Of a stretch of 64,000 nucleotides of DNA, positions 61,789 to 64,000 are shown piece after piece. Each line of letters begins with the position of its first letter. Position 1 is the stretch's first letter. This stretch comes from Octopus vulgaris (lineage: Eukaryota): assembly GCA_951406725.2 (NCBI GenBank), contig OX597816.1, forward strand, positions 83,948,001 through 84,012,000. The letters run 5' to 3'. Position numbers and translations under genes: made by a program. The notes under the pieces are model-generated. The model saw only the letters and a program-made list of their open reading frames with translations, searched no databases and was not told the DNA's origin.

Positions 61789-61866
61789 GCGGCTGAAGAA
61801 GGCCACAGACATACATAATGCATTGTTATAAATCTGTCTAATAAAGGCCCGAAACATATGTACCGC
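61789..61866 (+). ncRNA. type I hammerhead ribozyme motif (right arm), conserved core complete
   Basis: GCGG-CTGAAGA-A-GGCC(long loop)GGCC-C-GAAAC-ATAT-GTA-CCGC. Stem I is GCGG/CCGC, the core is CUGANGA plus GAAA, stem III is the palindrome ACATATGT, and the GUA triplet is at 61860-61862. Confidence 0.78.
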
Positions 61867-61896
61867 TGAATCCTTGGCATCATGTTTTTATTTTGA

Positions 61897-61931
<35 letters not shown>

Positions 61932-61932
<1 letters not shown>

Positions 61933-62210
61933 CCAGAATGTCAAACCAGATAATTTTCTCATGGGATTAGGGACTTTGGACTTGCGAAAAAGTACAGGGA
62001 TCCAAGGTCTCGCCAAGCATATTTCTTATCAAGAAAATAAAAACTTAACTGACACAGCAAAATATGCTTGTATAAACACACATTTAGGAATGGAGCAATG
62101 TAGACGAGATGACATGGAATCATTAGTATATGCTTCCATGTATTTTTTGAAAAGAAGCTTGCCATGGATTGAAAGCAGCAACCAAACGATAAACATATGA
62201 AAGAATTAGT
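61932..62210 (+). pseudogene. CSNK1D/E-like: casein kinase 1 delta/epsilon-like (doubletime) pseudogene fragment, kinase subdomains VIb-X, intronless
   Basis: With frameshifts it reads [12 protein letters not shown] / [15 protein letters not shown] / [50 protein letters not shown] / [14 protein letters not shown]. This is collinear with CK1 delta/epsilon. The KKGNLVYII segment is deleted, with three frameshifts and one stop. Confidence 0.92.
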
Positions 62211-62300
62211 ATGTGTACATGTGTTTGAGTGACTGCGTGGATGTGTTGTACACGGAGAGATCGTACTTTGTTGCTGAGTTGTATATAGACATAAGAATCT

Positions 62301-62718
62301 TATTTCTTTAATGCCCACAAGGGGCTAAACATAGAGGGGACAAACAAAGACAGATAGACGGATTAAGTCGATTACATCGACCCCAGTGCATAACTGGTAC
62401 TTAATTTATCGATCCCGAAAGGATGAAAGGCAAAGTCGACATGGGCGGAATTTGAACTCAGAATGTAACGGCAGACGAAATACCTATTTTTGTATTACCC
62501 ACAAGGGGCTAAAACATAGAGGGGACAAACAAGGACAGACATAGGTATTAAGTCGATTACATCGACCCCAGTGCGTAACTGGTGCTAAATTTATCGACCC
62601 CGAAAGGATGAAAGACAAAGTCGACCTCAGCGGAATTTGAACTCACAACTTAACGGCAGACGAAATACCGCTAAGCATTTCGCCCGGCGTGCTAACAATT
62701 CTGCCAGCTCGCCGCTGT
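62301..62718 (-). mobile_element. SINE family B1 dimer (full copy plus head-less copy) bounded by one 15-bp TSD
   Basis: Units are 62485-62718 and 62301-62484. TAGACATAAGAATCT occurs at 62286-62300 and 62719-62733. Confidence 0.9.
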
Positions 62719-62853
62719 TAGACATAAGAATCTACAAACGAATTAATATTGTTCATATGTATATTTGAAAACGAGTGTAGGACATTTACCCGCCATGAAA
62801 AATTACACCTGAGGACGACAGATGACGATTTAAAGCTTCTTAATATATTGGAG

Positions 62854-62958
62854 TGGGGGTAATTAACCAGGGGGGGGTAATTGTCCTGGGGGTAGTTGTC
62901 GTCGGGAGGAATTGCCCTATGGGGAATTATTGTCCACGATGGGTAATTGTCCTGATAC
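62854..62958. repeat. degenerate tandem array of GGGGTAATTGTCC-like units (possible DNA-transposon subterminal repeats)
   Basis: About 6 variants of GGG(G)TAATTGTCC. Confidence 0.6.
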
Positions 62959-63223
62959 ATTGAAAACATGCATATGCAAGTACACGAAAGCGATATCAAC
63001 AAAACCTACGCACTCAAACGTGTGTGTATGCGTATAGATATAATATCAATGTAAAAAATGATTGGGTATACATATATATTGACAGAATATTAACTATTAT
63101 ATAACTAGAAATTGCTGTGTGTGTGTGTGAGTGCGTACGTTAGTACGTGTGTATAGTATACATACATATATATGCATACATGTATGTATATGACGCACAC
63201 ATAGATATATACTTATACAAGAA

Positions 63224-63389
63224 CGACGGATTTCTTTCAGTCTCCGTCTACTTTCCATATCTACTCACAACAGTTTGGTCGACCCGAAGCGATAATAGAA
63301 GACACTTGCTCAAGATTCCACGCAGTGAGATTGAAGCCAGAACCGTGCGGCTGGGAAGTTAATCTTCTTACCACACAACCACGCCTGCG

Positions 63390-63392
<3 letters not shown>
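63224..63392 (-). mobile_element. SINE family A 5' half, diverged
   Basis: CGACGGATTTCTTTCAGTCTCCGTCTAC...TTACCACACAACCACGCCTGCGCCT on the plus strand. Confidence 0.82.
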
Positions 63393-63431
<39 letters not shown>

Positions 63432-63455
63432 AATATATATGTGTGTGTGTGTGTA

Positions 63456-63915
63456 TTAAGTTGTTCGGAAAATAATGACCAATTTTAAAAATAAGCTTGA
63501 CAAACAGAACTTATACAAAGGTTTTAATTATTCAAAATAGGATCCTTGAGCAGCTATGCATTTCTCCCATCCATTATCAAGGTCATTTATGTCTTTTCGA
63601 TGAAAATCCAACGGTTTTGATGACAAGAAATCCTTGAATTCAGTTTCGTCATTGGTTTTGGAAAAGAAGGTATTTTTTTGCCTTAAAAACTGTCTAGATA
63701 CTTGAAAAAGTGGTACTCGGTGGGTGAAAGATAAGGAGAATATAGGTGTGAGCTTCTGCTGTGTCATCCTGGAAGCATGCAGTCGAGCATTGCCATGGAG
63801 AAGAATTCAACCATGTCGATTAAGAAGTGCAGGTCTCATTTTGTTCAAGTAAACATGCATTTCTTCCAGTTGCTTACAGTAAACGTCCGATGTGATTCTC
63901 TGGTTAGGTTCCAGA
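63456..63915 (-). mobile_element. mariner (DD34D) transposon 3' half, non-functional, with terminal inverted repeat
   Basis: Minus strand reads LEPNQRITSDVYCKQLEEMH...MRPALLNRHG*ILLHGNARLHASRMTQQKL, then frameshifted YSPYLSPTEYHFFK, then ...FKDFLSSKPLDFHRKDINDLDNGWEKCIAAQGSYFE*. The end is TA|TTAAGTTGTTCGGAAAATAATGACC. Confidence 0.88.
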
Positions 63916-64000
63916 AAGCTGTATAGTCTTCAAATTCTGATTGGATGAACGTCCTCTACCTTCTTGAACTTCAAGGCTCTCATCCTCACCACGGAATCTC

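Larger units (their letters stand above)
61542..61898. mobile_element. young 158-bp inverted repeat of a Penelope-type terminal repeat (41-bp spacer)
   Basis: Arms 61542-61699 and 61741-61898 differ at only 2 positions that I could find. Each arm carries a hammerhead motif pointing outward. Confidence 0.85.

Noticed and set aside
61874-62200. 108-aa ORF as a functional CK1 exon
   Set aside because: It has frameshifts, a deleted segment before DFG, a stop codon and an altered catalytic HRD region. It is a pseudogene.

Overview
AT-rich, microsatellite-saturated eukaryotic DNA. Its repeat content (several tRNA-headed SINE families, CR1-type, RTE-type and R4/Dong-type LINE ends, Penelope-type terminal repeats, mariner) resembles an octopod cephalopod (Octopus-like) intergenic or large-intron region; the host assignment is an inference. 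I found no intact protein-coding gene. Almost all ORFs in the track are translations of (TA)n, (CA)n, (TATC)n or (AAT)n. Recognisable coding relics are an intronless, disabled casein kinase 1 delta/epsilon fragment (61932-62210), a mariner transposase 3' half with its TIR (63456-63915), and C-terminal fragments of non-LTR retrotransposons. The most interesting signal is a dispersed set of minimal type I hammerhead-ribozyme motifs (CUGANGA, stem II, GAAAC, palindromic stem III, GUH), several inside fold-back inverted repeats. The best case is a near-perfect 158-bp inverted repeat (61542-61898) with a complete hammerhead in each arm. Other points are two visible SINE/LINE 3'-tail partnerships, a nested antisense SINE-in-SINE insertion, a TSD-bounded SINE dimer, Dong-like elements in (TAA)n, a local segmental duplication, and a 65-bp-arm hairpin whose mismatches are mostly G-U compatible on one strand. 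Coordinates were counted by eye, so degenerate element edges are approximate.
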